Shown in pieces: positions 29,032-39,408 of a stretch of DNA of 64,000 nucleotides. The position numbers were made by a program, and so were the translations under genes. Origin of the DNA: Pyrinomonadaceae bacterium (GTDB lineage Bacteria; Acidobacteriota; Blastocatellia; Pyrinomonadales; Pyrinomonadaceae); contig JBKBYA010000001.1 in NCBI GenBank assembly GCA_046313635.1, positions 192,001 through 256,000 on the forward strand, written 5' to 3'. Each line of letters starts with the position of its first letter. Position 1 is the first letter of the stretch. The notes beneath the pieces are model-generated. The model made no database searches, was not told where the DNA came from, and saw nothing but the letters and a program-made list of their open reading frames with translations.

Positions 29032-30168
29032 TTATTTGGAGTCGGTCGTATCAAACAGCAGCCTGCGCCGGGCCTGCACGACGAGGCCTTCGCGGCGGCT
29101 CGTCACCTCGATCCGGCGCTCGATGAGGCCTTTGCGGTCGACGATCGGTTCCTTTGGCGTGTAAGTGACGACGTACGCCGCGTCGATCATGCGTGCGACG
29201 ATCGGCGCCTTTTCGAGCATCTCGTCGAGCGTGTCGGGCAGTATGAACGTGCCGTTGGTGGTCTCGGCGAGCTTATCGAGCTTTTCCTGGCTGTCCTCGA
29301 GGTCGGCCTTGCGGGCCTTGAGCCTGCGCAGCAGCGTGCGATCGAGATTGATGGTCTTGAATTTCGGCGCGGTCGCGGCGTCGCGCGCGCCATTGGGCAA
29401 TTGAGCGGCGACCTCGGGCGGCATCGCGCGCGGCGGCGGCGAATTGGATATGCCTTTTGTCCGCGGTTCGATATCGGCGGCCTCGAGCGCCGTGTAGCTG
29501 ATCACGTGCACCGAGATGTCGGTCTCGGCCAGGCGCTGAAAGGCGTCGAATTTGGCGGACGTGCCCGGCGTGCTGTCGGTGCCGTCGCTGATCAGAACGA
29601 TGTGCCGGTTGTCGGCGGGGTTTTTCACCAGCAGGTCGCGGGCGATGTCGATCGCCTCGACAAAAGCCGATTTGCGGCCAAACTTTGTCCGTCCGATCGC
29701 GGCGAGCGTCTCCTGCCTGTCGGTCGTCCATTCGCTCACGATCTCGGCGCGGTCGGCGTATTGAACGATCGCCACACGATCTTCGGCCGCGAGGGCCGAC
29801 ACGACCGCGCGCGCGACGCCGCGCGTCTTGTCGAGACTCTTTACCTGCCGCAGCTCGCCGCCGGTGTCCATCACGATGACGACATTGGCCGGGATGCGCC
29901 GAACCGAGGTCGGCTGATGAAGGATGTTGTTGTCGGTGATGACGAGGTCGCGCTCGGTGACGCCGGAAAAGAACTTGCCGTTCTCGTCAAAGGCGAGCAC
30001 GTTGAGCTTGACCTCTTCGGTAATGACGCGTTCGGTATCGTCGGGCGGCGTCGGTGTCGGCGTGGGCGCGACGCGTCGGCTCTGAGCCGCGGCGATCGCC
30101 GACATTACAAAGACCGACGCGATCACCGCGAAAAGAGTCATTTGCCGACGAAAAGTTTGCTTGTTCAT
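29032..30168 (-). CDS. Secreted VWA-domain protein (acidobacterial VWFA type)
   Basis: Signal peptide; VVIVMDTGG, IVLISDGTD, LAETTNG, YVVTYTP. Confidence 0.82.
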   Translation of the reverse strand: MNKQTFRRQMTLFAVIASVFVMSAIAAAQSRRVAPTPTPTPPDDTERVITEEVKLNVLAFDENGKFFSGVTERDLVITDNNILHQPTSVRRIPANVVIVMDTGGELRQVKSLDKTRGVARAVVSALAAEDRVAIVQYADRAEIVSEWTTDRQETLAAIGRTKFGRKSAFVEAIDIARDLLVKNPADNRHIVLISDGTDSTPGTSAKFDAFQRLAETDISVHVISYTALEAADIEPRTKGISNSPPPRAMPPEVAAQLPNGARDAATAPKFKTINLDRTLLRRLKARKADLEDSQEKLDKLAETTNGTFILPDTLDEMLEKAPIVARMIDAAYVVTYTPKEPIVDRKGLIERRIEVTSRREGLVVQARRRLLFDTTDSK

Positions 30169-30216
30169 CGCAGGTATGATGCGCCGCGGCGGACTGCATT
30201 TGCTTGGCTGCACTCG

Positions 30217-31287
30217 TCAAAGTTCCGGGTTCTCGTCGACAAAGTCGAGTAGGTTCCCGACATAATCGCGAAAGTTGGGGCACGCTACGCCGTGCGGCGC
30301 GAGCAGCTCGCCGGCGACCGACGTGTCGTACGTCTGCGAGATGAAAAAGTACGGCACGCCGTGACGCGGGAGACCCGTGATCGGCGGCGAGATCGGGAGG
30401 TTGAGCGACCACTCGACGAGCTTCGGCGACGGCGAATATTCAGACTTGCGGCCCGTCATCTCGAGAGCGATCGTGTCAAAGAGCTCGGCGGTCGTCAGCG
30501 GCGCGGGGTCGGCAAGAGCGACCGTTTTGCCGACGGCTTTTTCGTCGATCGAGAGCGCGGCGATGCCCTCAACGACAAAGTCGACGGGCACGAGATTGAG
30601 CCGGACGTTGTTGTTGCCGACATTCACGGCGCGCAGCAGGAATGGTGCCTTTCGCAGGTATTGGATCAGGTAATAGATGCCGTCGTACTTTGCGGTCTCG
30701 CCCGTCCGCGAGTCGCCGACGACGACCGACGGGCGATAGATGGTGGTCGGCCGCTCGGCCTTGAAACGCTCGACCTCCATCTCGGCGAGATACTTTGACT
30801 CCTCGTAAAAATTGCGAAATCCCGCGTCGTGCTCGAGCTCGTCCTCGCGGATCTCGCCCGTTCGCTTCCCGGCGACGTAGCAGGTCGAAACGTAGTTGTA
30901 GCGTTTGAGCTTCGGGAGCGAGCGGACAAAGTCGTTGACGTTGCGCGTACCGTCGAAGTTGACCCGCATCGCGACGTCGCGCGGGACCGCGAGATCGTAA
31001 ACGGCGGCGAGATGAAACGCCCGCGTCGCCTCAAAGCGAATGTCGGCCGCGTCGTCGCGGTCCATTCCGAGATCGGGCTCGGTGATGTCGCCCTCGACGA
31101 GCGCAAAATTCTCGAGCGGCACGCCCGTCGCTTCGGCGATGCGCTCGACCGCCGCCGCGGCCTTGTCGACAAAACGCGGCTCGACGAGCAAAAAGAACTG
31201 CTCGCCGTCGCCGGCCAGACGCTCGACCAAACGCTCGGCGATGAAACCCGGAAAACCCGTTAGAAAAATGCTGTCGGTAAAGCTCAT
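30217..31287 (-). CDS. Extended SDR / NAD-binding_4 oxidoreductase
   Basis: FLTGFPGFIA, HLAAVYD, YEESK (YxxxK), RPSVVVGDS. Confidence 0.9.
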   Translation of the reverse strand: MSFTDSIFLTGFPGFIAERLVERLAGDGEQFFLLVEPRFVDKAAAAVERIAEATGVPLENFALVEGDITEPDLGMDRDDAADIRFEATRAFHLAAVYDLAVPRDVAMRVNFDGTRNVNDFVRSLPKLKRYNYVSTCYVAGKRTGEIREDELEHDAGFRNFYEESKYLAEMEVERFKAERPTTIYRPSVVVGDSRTGETAKYDGIYYLIQYLRKAPFLLRAVNVGNNNVRLNLVPVDFVVEGIAALSIDEKAVGKTVALADPAPLTTAELFDTIALEMTGRKSEYSPSPKLVEWSLNLPISPPITGLPRHGVPYFFISQTYDTSVAGELLAPHGVACPNFRDYVGNLLDFVDENPEL

Positions 31288-31689
31288 ACGTGCAGACCGA
31301 GCTTATTCTAACAGACGGATTTGGGCTCTAGAACGAGCAGTCCGCTGCTGCGTGAGGCGGATCGAGACTCGTCTGTTTTGACGCGAGGGACGCAAAGGGC
31401 TCGCAACGGTTGCTAGGCTGAACGCGTCTTGAAGGTTCGTTCCGCAGGACCGCATCATGCAGCGTTCACCGCGTTCCGACAATAAACGGTTGGCGCGTTC
31501 GCGTAGATCAATGCTAAACTACGCCCATCAATACCTGCCACGCCTTTTAACAATGCGCAATACCGGCGGGTTTTCTTATTTTAAAGCCTCTCTGATCTCG
31601 GCGGTGCCCCGCTACCGCCGAGACCTTGTACCCAACAATACGGATCAGCTCTCCGCGACCTTCTTTTCTAGCTCCATCGATTTCTTACC

Positions 31690-32087
31690 AGGAGTGCCCG
31701 TCGATCACCGCAAGGCGTCTTGATCTGCTCAAGCTGCAGTACGGAGTTCCGAAAGCGGTCCATGTCGGCAAGGGGCCCGAGTTGACCGCCCCAAGTCTTA
31801 GCAGACTGGTGCGGTGAGATCGACGTCCGCATGAACTGCATCGAACCCGGCAAGCCGAATCAAGAACGCATACATCGAACGCTCCCACCGAAGCTGTCGC
31901 GAAGCGGTGCTGGACCGCACATCTTGTCAACGATATTCCAAGGTTCGAGACCTCAGTTGGGCGTGGATGCCTAGCTACAACGTACAACTCCCACGCCAGG
32001 CTTGGGGAACATCTAGCCTGCCCAATCAAATGCCGGCTTATGACGGAAAACTCTACTTTAAACCAGTAACCATAACGGGTAGCTAAC
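31690..32087 (+). pseudogene. Degenerate IS3-family transposase fragment with probable right end
   Basis: Broken frames YGVPKAVHVGKGPELTA, DWC, IEPGKPNQ, AYIER, SYN; followed by aaactctactttaaaccagt...acgggtagctaac. Confidence 0.7.
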
Positions 32088-32239
32088 GGTGAATTCTGAG
32101 GGCGAATAAGACCACCTTTTTCTACATTTCGGCTATTGCTCCGTTTTACCTTCTGGGTTATAGTTCCGCATCACCAGAACGAGCAAGACAGACTGGATAG
32201 GGCCTTTGAGAAGTGTCTGGCGCCCCCTGCTTCTTGATT

Positions 32240-32908
32240 ATGAAGAAGTGCCCCACATGTGGACATATTTCACTCGATGACGATGTGTATTGTCCGAACG
32301 ATGGCTCGATCCTCACCGAGAAGACAACATTCCCTTTTGACATGCCTACACAGTTCGTTGCGCCGCAGCGCCCGCTCAACCCGGCTGGCCATTCGAGATC
32401 GCCGTCAATCTATGCGATGACCGGAGCGGCGGCAGCGACGATCGTGGTCGTTTTTGCGGCCCTCTATTACTTTGTAGGTGCTGCGAAATCGACCGAAGAG
32501 GCGGAAGCGGCGACGGAAAATAAGCCGGCCATCAACTCAAGAGCTCCTGCCGTATCGCCAGTGCCGACGAAAAGTAATGCACCTACGGTACTATCGGCTT
32601 CGACACCCAGACAAGAGCTTCCCAATTACCCGCCGGGTGAAGGCGTCGACCAGCCCCAATCGACGGGAACCTGGTTCGTCGTGCTCTGCAGCTATCCGCG
32701 GGATGAATCAACGCGAGCAGATGAGCGATTGCGTTTCGTTCAGAGTCGGGGAATAAGCGCCCCGAAGGTAGATACCGATAAATATCCGGGATTCAGCCGC
32801 GGCTACTACTCGATCATCGTCGGTCCGTATAGCAAGAGCGAAGCGATCCGGTTGATGAAGGACATGCGATCCGTGGTTCCGGATGCTTATGTCCGATCGG
32901 GTTGGTAA
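32240..32908 (+). CDS. Zinc-ribbon, single-TM protein with a C-terminal SPOR-like domain
   Basis: CPTC...CPNDG, TM, Pro/Thr linker, WFVVLCSY...GYYSIIVGPY...VPDAYVR. Confidence 0.65.
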   Translation: MKKCPTCGHISLDDDVYCPNDGSILTEKTTFPFDMPTQFVAPQRPLNPAGHSRSPSIYAMTGAAAATIVVVFAALYYFVGAAKSTEEAEAATENKPAINSRAPAVSPVPTKSNAPTVLSASTPRQELPNYPPGEGVDQPQSTGTWFVVLCSYPRDESTRADERLRFVQSRGISAPKVDTDKYPGFSRGYYSIIVGPYSKSEAIRLMKDMRSVVPDAYVRSGW

Positions 32909-32920
32909 CGAGTACCGACG

Positions 32921-33322
32921 ATGCCTGCGACGCCGGGGACCAACCCGCAGCCGTCGGGTGATCCGCGTGGTCGTTGGAACGGAGAATGGTCCACCGTGAG
33001 CGGAGCGTATCACGCGCTGCAGGTAACGCTCGACAGCGACAAAAATGACGGACTAACCGGACAGATCGCCTGGACGTTGAAACGCACCCCGCGGCCAGAC
33101 AAGCAGTCGAAGGTCGGCTTGTCTGCAACCGAACATGTCACCGGGCGATACGATCCGGCGAGCCGGGTTGTCAGGCTCAAGGGACATTCGAAGACCGACC
33201 CCGGCGGCCTGCTCGTGATGCTGGATGAGTATCGGCTCGATCTGTCGGCGGACAGTCAGCGACCCGCCGGACAGGCGCGAAACGCCGGCAAGTGGAACGG
33301 AATCGTTAATCTCACAAGATGA
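32921..33322 (+). CDS. Hypothetical protein
   Basis: In operon; its stop overlaps the next start (ATGA). Confidence 0.5.
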   Translation: MPATPGTNPQPSGDPRGRWNGEWSTVSGAYHALQVTLDSDKNDGLTGQIAWTLKRTPRPDKQSKVGLSATEHVTGRYDPASRVVRLKGHSKTDPGGLLVMLDEYRLDLSADSQRPAGQARNAGKWNGIVNLTR

Positions 33323-35814
33323 AACTGGTCGGGAACAACGGGTCTGAATTCAAGCTGGCGATGGGCCGCACGCTCATCGGCCGTGACGCGGCGCAGTGCG
33401 GCGTTGTGATCGATGAGATCTTTGTTTCCCGGCTGCAGGCCGCTATCGAGATCAGCGTCAACGGTCAGGCGGCGATAAAAAATCTAAGCTCCAAGCACAC
33501 GACTTTCGTCAACGGCAGCGTCATCGACGTGCACTTCCTTAACGACGGCGACCGTGTCGAATTCGGCGCCGGTCAGACCGTGGCTTTCACGTTTCGGCAT
33601 AGCGAGAGCTGCGTCGCCGACGTTTCATTCAACTCGCTCCCGAACAGATCGTTCAATCCTCAGTCGACGGTCATCCAAGCGGACCGTCCGCAAGCGACCA
33701 GCTTCTTCCGCGTGGATCTGAGTCCCCGACTCCGCCTCGGCCGCGCGCCGGACAACGACGTCGTGCTCGACGGTCCGAGCGTGTCGCGTTACCACGCGGA
33801 GCTTGTCTACGAGAACGGTTCGCAGCCAGCGATCGCCGATGTCGGCAGCACGAACGGCACGTTCGTCAACGGCCAGCTACTACGCGGAGCTTACGTGCTC
33901 CGTCCGGACGACTGGGTGACGATCGGCGGATACTTGTTCAAGGTCAACGGTCGGAATATCAGTAAACAGGATCTCAGCGCGAGTCACATCGCCGCATTCG
34001 GTGTTTCGAAGTCTTACGGCGAGAAGACTGTTCTGCAAGACGTCTCGGTAGCCCTGTTCCCACGCGAGTTCGTCGGTCTGATGGGTGCTTCCGGGTGCGG
34101 AAAGTCGACGCTGATGGACGTGCTGAATGGTATGCGGCCGGCATCGAGCGGCTCGGTATTTGTCAACGACCTGGATCTTTATCGAAATTTCGATCTTCTT
34201 CGGCGATCCATCGGCTACGTACCGCAGCGCGATATTCTCCATGAGGCGCTAACCGTCGAGCGAACACTCTATTTTGCGGCGAAAATGCGTCTTCCGTCGG
34301 GAACGTCGCGGCACCAGATCTGGGGAGTTATCGATGAGGTCATCCAGACGGTCGGCCTCGAGGAGCAGCGGCACAATACGTTTCGCGAGCTTTCGGGTGG
34401 TCAGCAGAAGCGCCTGAGTCTGGGTATCGAGCTGATCACGAAACCGAATTTCCTGTTTCTGGATGAGCCGACCTCGCCGCTGGATCCTGAGACGACCGAG
34501 AACATGATGATGCTGTTCCGCCGTCTCGCCGACGAAGGACGCATCGTCGTTATGGTGACTCATAAGTTTGAGAGGTTCCATTTGATGCACAACATCGTCC
34601 TACTCGCCAAGGGGAGGCTTGCCTTTTTCGGCCCACCGCGCGAGGCGCTTGAGTTCTTCAATTGCAGCGAGCCGAGCGAGATCTATCGTCGACTGCATGA
34701 AAAAACACCGGACGAAGCATGCCGACAATTCCGGCGCTCGCCGCAGTTTCAGCGACACGTCGCGGCGCGGTTCAGTGAAGTGCAGGAGCTGATCAGCACC
34801 GGTGCGGCAACTTTCGACCCGTCACTTTCGCAGACCGGAGCCGAGCGCAGCCCCGGCATAGGACAATGGCTCACGCTCACGCAGCGCGCTTTCGAGATCA
34901 AGGTCCGCGATCTTCGAAACACTCTGATCCTTCTAGCGCAAGCCCCGATCGTCGCGTTGATACTGTCGTTCATAACTGACGACACGCCCAACGACGCACG
35001 GACGATCTTTATCGCCGCGATCATCGCGATCTGGCTTGGCGCAAACAATGCGATCCGCGAGATCGTTTCGGAAAAGGATGTCTATGCGCGGGAGCGTTTG
35101 GTGAATCTGAAAATACCTTCGTATGTGCTGTCGAAGTTCGCGATCCTCAGCGGGATCGGATCGATCCAGTGCTTTCTGTTTGTTGTGATCCTCACCGCCT
35201 TCGCCCGTTTCGAGTCGGCCGACATCGGAATACTGACGCTGATTCTTTACCTGACGCTGCTCGCCGGTGCGGCGATCGGTCTGTTCTTCTCGGCACTGGT
35301 CTCGTCCACCGAGAAAGCGATGAGCGTCCTTCCGCTGATCTTGATCCCGCAGCTTCTGCTGAGCGGGTTCCTGAAACCGCTCGACGATCTCTACGTCAAT
35401 CTGCCGAAGGAGCGACCGTCGACCGTCGAAGAATACGACAGGTACCAGCGCGATAAAGATAAAGAAATCAAATTTGATCCGACAAAGCCGAATGAAAAAC
35501 CGGTGATTCCGGAACCCGTGCAAAAGTCCGACGGACTCGGCAGTGCGAAGTTCCTGGCTGACTTGATGACCGCTCGATGGACAATCGACGCGCTGGTCCA
35601 CCAGGTTTCCTCTGACGACAAAATCGCACGCGACAAGCTCGCATCGCGGATGACAGTCGCGGGATACCAAACCGTTCTCGACAAACGTCCCGATTCAGAG
35701 ACCTTGGATACTTACCGATTGCGAGTGCGTTTGGGTCTCTTTATCCTTGCGTTGTTCAGCGTTGTGTTTCTCGGCCTGACGATAGCGGCGCTAAAGAGGA
35801 AGGACACCTTGTGA
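33319..35814 (+). CDS. Double-FHA ABC transporter (ATPase plus ABC2 permease), Rv1747-like
   Basis: IGR...VSR; LGR...VSRYHA...STNGTFVNG; GASGCGKS, LSGGQQKR, LDEP; C-terminal TM helices. Confidence 0.92.
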   Translation: MKLVGNNGSEFKLAMGRTLIGRDAAQCGVVIDEIFVSRLQAAIEISVNGQAAIKNLSSKHTTFVNGSVIDVHFLNDGDRVEFGAGQTVAFTFRHSESCVADVSFNSLPNRSFNPQSTVIQADRPQATSFFRVDLSPRLRLGRAPDNDVVLDGPSVSRYHAELVYENGSQPAIADVGSTNGTFVNGQLLRGAYVLRPDDWVTIGGYLFKVNGRNISKQDLSASHIAAFGVSKSYGEKTVLQDVSVALFPREFVGLMGASGCGKSTLMDVLNGMRPASSGSVFVNDLDLYRNFDLLRRSIGYVPQRDILHEALTVERTLYFAAKMRLPSGTSRHQIWGVIDEVIQTVGLEEQRHNTFRELSGGQQKRLSLGIELITKPNFLFLDEPTSPLDPETTENMMMLFRRLADEGRIVVMVTHKFERFHLMHNIVLLAKGRLAFFGPPREALEFFNCSEPSEIYRRLHEKTPDEACRQFRRSPQFQRHVAARFSEVQELISTGAATFDPSLSQTGAERSPGIGQWLTLTQRAFEIKVRDLRNTLILLAQAPIVALILSFITDDTPNDARTIFIAAIIAIWLGANNAIREIVSEKDVYARERLVNLKIPSYVLSKFAILSGIGSIQCFLFVVILTAFARFESADIGILTLILYLTLLAGAAIGLFFSALVSSTEKAMSVLPLILIPQLLLSGFLKPLDDLYVNLPKERPSTVEEYDRYQRDKDKEIKFDPTKPNEKPVIPEPVQKSDGLGSAKFLADLMTARWTIDALVHQVSSDDKIARDKLASRMTVAGYQTVLDKRPDSETLDTYRLRVRLGLFILALFSVVFLGLTIAALKRKDTL

Positions 35815-35843
35815 TTTGAAGGAGCGGCCACATTAGCGACCTG

Positions 35844-38132
35844 ATGATGTTCTGTCCAAAATGCGGTAGCGAAAACCTGGCCATCAACAAATTCTGCAAA
35901 AAATGCGGGCGGCAAATACCCGTCCGTCAACCTGCTCAACACCGATCTCACAGTCTGCCGGGACAACTGCTGGATGGAAAGTATCGGATCGACGCTAAGC
36001 TTGGCTCGGGCGGGATGGGCGACGTGTATCGCGCGACCCGACTCCTGATCGGCGACTCGGTCGCGATCAAGGTTCTCCATTCCCATCTCGCCGCCGACCC
36101 GCAGGCAGCGGAACGATTTCGGCGTGAGGCGGTAACAGCTACGCAGCTTAGGCATCGAAATGTCGTTGCGCTTTACGATGTCGGCGTCGCGCATGGTGTG
36201 CCGTATATTCTGATGGAGCTCGCCGAGGGGTTCTCGCTTCGTCAGATCATCAACGAGTATCGTGTGCTGCCTCTCGACTTTGTCGTTACGGTCGCGGCCC
36301 AAGTAGCGGCCGCACTCGAGGAAGCACACCGCCTCGGCATCGTCCACCGCGACATCAAGCCCGAGAACATTATTGCGAACGAGACGGCGAAAGGATGGCA
36401 GATAAAGGTCCTCGACTTTGGGATCGCTAAGCTCTACAACCAAACCGACATCGGTTTGACGCAGGACGGCAGTGCTATGGGCACGCCGCAGTACATGTCT
36501 CCGGAGCAGTGTCTCGGAGAGTCGCTCGATGGCCGGAGCGATATTTATAGTCTTGGGATCGTGCTCTACGAGATGCTGTGCGGAACCGTCCCGTTCAAAG
36601 GGCCGTCCGCTTCGGCGGTGGCCATCTATCAGGTTCAGAACGACCCGCCGCCGCCGCGGTCGCTCAACCCTGACATCCATCCTGACGTCGAGGCCGTACT
36701 TCTGAGAGCGCTCGCAAAGTCGCCCGACGACCGCCCGCGATCGCCGCAGATGTTGTCGCAGCAGCTGATCGGTGCCGCGACAGCCGCGTTTAGGTCCGGA
36801 TTTACCGCCGTCTCCGCGGAACCGATCGCGCCGCCGGACGTCGCTCCGCAATTCGATGCCGATGGCACCGCGATCCCGTCAGGTGAAACGGGCACCCCTT
36901 CGCTTTCTGTTGAAGCGGCGCCCGGGAATGATGTCCCGAACAGCCCCGCTGCGACACCTGTCGATGTCGAACAGGTAATCGCAATCCCGACTCCGGACGT
37001 TACTCCCGCAGTTCCGATCCGGCTAGAAACGCCGCGTACCGATGCGGAACAAGAAACGATTGCTGTTACGGCTACGAACGTCGCGGCAAAGCCTGAGGTG
37101 CCGACCGAGAACCAGCCGATCACTCCTCGCGTCGATGAACTGCAGGGTTTTGATCGGAACGAGGTCGACCTTCCGGACGAGTCAGCGCCCCAACCTGCCG
37201 AGCCGCAAAGTGAATATGAGATTGCAGCCAACGCCCCGAGCGAACCGGAAGAACGTTTGCCGGAGTATCAACTCGATGAAGCGGGTCCTTCGCGTAGGCG
37301 GCGTCTCGCGGTTATCTTGGGCGCACTTTTGTTCGTCGGCGCGATCTTTATTCTTGGCGTCGCCGCGGGAGTTTGGTTCTTTGTGCTTCGTGAAACAAGA
37401 CCTCCTGTCAATACAGTGAGCAGGTCGACATCGCCGTCCACGTCCAACGCACCGACTAACACGCCGCCGGCCGGAATGGCGTACGTGCCGGGCGGAGAGT
37501 TCATGATGGGCAGCGATTCGGGCGACGAGTACTCGCGGCCTGCGCACGTGGTTTCAGTCAAACCGTTCTTCATAGACATCACCGAGGTTACGAACGAGGA
37601 TTATAAGAAGTTTATCGACGCGACCGGTCACAAGCCTCCTCCGGATTGGAAGGCCGGAACATATCGGGACGGCCGCGCGAAGTTTCCCGTCACGGGTGTG
37701 AGGTGGAACGACGCCGACGCATTTGCGAAATGGGCCGGCAAGCGTCTTCCGACCGAAGCCGAGTGGGAATTCGCCGCGCGCGGCACCGACGGCCGCATCT
37801 ATCCCTGGGGCAACGAGTGGCAGGACGGACTAGCCAACGCCGGCGGCCGATCGAAAGGGTTTCGCGAAGCGGGACAAGGGGGACCATCGCCGTTCGGCCT
37901 GTACGATATGGCCGGCAACGCATGGGAATGGACGGCGAGCGATGCGGTCGAATACCCGCGCGGAAAGGCCTTCGCTCAACAGGATAAAGGGAAGAAGATC
38001 TTGCGCGGCGGCAGCTATATAGAAGATATAGAAACCGTCCGGGCCGATTACCGAGGGTTTTATCATCCTGTGCGGGAGCGAGATTATGGCAGGACGGGCT
38101 TTCGCTGCGCCAAGGACGCACCTAATAACTGA
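35844..38132 (+). CDS. Ser/Thr protein kinase with N-terminal zinc ribbon, TM and C-terminal FGE-sulfatase (SUMF1) domain
   Basis: LGSGGMGDVY, VAIK, HRDIKPEN, DFG, GTPQYMSPE; RLPTEAEWEFAARG, YDMAGNAWEW, GFRC. Confidence 0.93.
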   Translation: MMFCPKCGSENLAINKFCKKCGRQIPVRQPAQHRSHSLPGQLLDGKYRIDAKLGSGGMGDVYRATRLLIGDSVAIKVLHSHLAADPQAAERFRREAVTATQLRHRNVVALYDVGVAHGVPYILMELAEGFSLRQIINEYRVLPLDFVVTVAAQVAAALEEAHRLGIVHRDIKPENIIANETAKGWQIKVLDFGIAKLYNQTDIGLTQDGSAMGTPQYMSPEQCLGESLDGRSDIYSLGIVLYEMLCGTVPFKGPSASAVAIYQVQNDPPPPRSLNPDIHPDVEAVLLRALAKSPDDRPRSPQMLSQQLIGAATAAFRSGFTAVSAEPIAPPDVAPQFDADGTAIPSGETGTPSLSVEAAPGNDVPNSPAATPVDVEQVIAIPTPDVTPAVPIRLETPRTDAEQETIAVTATNVAAKPEVPTENQPITPRVDELQGFDRNEVDLPDESAPQPAEPQSEYEIAANAPSEPEERLPEYQLDEAGPSRRRRLAVILGALLFVGAIFILGVAAGVWFFVLRETRPPVNTVSRSTSPSTSNAPTNTPPAGMAYVPGGEFMMGSDSGDEYSRPAHVVSVKPFFIDITEVTNEDYKKFIDATGHKPPPDWKAGTYRDGRAKFPVTGVRWNDADAFAKWAGKRLPTEAEWEFAARGTDGRIYPWGNEWQDGLANAGGRSKGFREAGQGGPSPFGLYDMAGNAWEWTASDAVEYPRGKAFAQQDKGKKILRGGSYIEDIETVRADYRGFYHPVRERDYGRTGFRCAKDAPNN

Positions 38133-39376
38133 TGAATCGGATACGAGCGGTTTCTATGCTGACGCTGGTAATTGCCGTTCTGGCAGTTCACTCTTTCGGC
38201 CAGCCGAAAGGCGGTCGCAGTTCGCCTCCGGCGCCGGCTCCGCCGCCTCCGACGGTTAAACCAAAACCCGATCGACCGCAGTCCAAGTCCCGGCCGATGC
38301 CGCGCCCGCCGAGAACGAAGGCCCCGATTGCGAAGTTTGGAACGCTCTCGATCTCTGCGAGCGAGCCTGGGAGCGAGATCTTCGTCACCCAAAATGGCGA
38401 AAACGTGCTCGATGGCGATTCCGTGCATTCACCCGAAGACGGCTCGCCGGTCGTGGTCACAGACCTGCCCGCGGGCAAATACACTTTGCTCGTGCGGAAG
38501 GCGGGCTACTACGAATACGAACGTACTGTGACGGTGATCGGCGGACGGCGGGAGGCCGTGTTTGCGGGACTGCGGCCGACAGCTGCCTTTCTGACGGTTT
38601 TGGTTCCCGGCGTCAGAGACGCCACGATCGACCTCGGCGACGGAAGCACATTCACCGGAGAAGTCCGCCGTCATCTTGTCGCTCCCGGTCGGTACACGAT
38701 CCGCGTCAGTCGAAAAGGCTACATACCGCAAACCAAGGTCGTAGACGTCACGATGCTCGGACTCGAATATCCCCAGACCATTATCCTGCAGCCCGTGCCG
38801 ATCGATTCGCTGCTGGCAGCGGCCGAACAGAAACTGCAAGCTCAGGATTACGCAGCCGCCGAGTTGGCGGCGAACGAAGCGCTGCAATTTGAACCCGAGC
38901 ATCCACGCGTGAATCTGATCTATGGATTGAGTCTTTTTTTCCGCGGGAGCGACGGCTCTTGCGACTATTTGCTGAATGCAGTTCGCGGCGGCCAGCGGGT
39001 GAGTCTACCCGTGCGCGCTCTGGCGAAAATCGATGGCGGCCTAGGGCTTTTTGAAGGCAACCTCACGATGGACAAAAACTACCTGAGCTTCTCCTTTGCC
39101 GCGCGGCCCGATCTGAGCATCAGTATCTTCAAGCCGGATCTGGACCAACTTGTAAAGAGCGTGGACCGCGCCAATGTGCCGAATATCGAGCTGAAAGCAA
39201 ATGGCGAATCACGCGGCCGCCGCGTCGAACGAAAGCTCACACTCTACTCAACCGAGACGGTGGTCCGCGCAAACCGCAAAGAAACCTTTTGCTCGCCCAC
39301 GGCCCGTCGACCCTGCAACGCCGACATTGATACCCTGCACAGATTGATCAGCGACTGGCAGTACAAATTTCGATGA
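38132..39376 (+). CDS. Secreted PEGA-domain/TPR protein
   Basis: Signal peptide; LPAGKYTLLVRKAGY and APGRYTIRVSRKGY PEGA repeats; TGATG coupling to the kinase. Confidence 0.75.
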   Translation: MNRIRAVSMLTLVIAVLAVHSFGQPKGGRSSPPAPAPPPPTVKPKPDRPQSKSRPMPRPPRTKAPIAKFGTLSISASEPGSEIFVTQNGENVLDGDSVHSPEDGSPVVVTDLPAGKYTLLVRKAGYYEYERTVTVIGGRREAVFAGLRPTAAFLTVLVPGVRDATIDLGDGSTFTGEVRRHLVAPGRYTIRVSRKGYIPQTKVVDVTMLGLEYPQTIILQPVPIDSLLAAAEQKLQAQDYAAAELAANEALQFEPEHPRVNLIYGLSLFFRGSDGSCDYLLNAVRGGQRVSLPVRALAKIDGGLGLFEGNLTMDKNYLSFSFAARPDLSISIFKPDLDQLVKSVDRANVPNIELKANGESRGRRVERKLTLYSTETVVRANRKETFCSPTARRPCNADIDTLHRLISDWQYKFR

Positions 39377-39408
39377 GTAGAAGGGAGCGGCACTAAAGAA
39401 AGTACAAC

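Noticed and set aside
31436..31449. tccgcagg as the duplicated tRNA-Asn 3' end marking the island boundary
   Set aside because: Only an 8-bp match, too short to distinguish from chance
37470..38132. Kinase C-terminal domain as an active formylglycine-generating enzyme or DGR target
   Set aside because: It lacks the catalytic Cys pair, and no template repeat or reverse transcriptase was seen in the window
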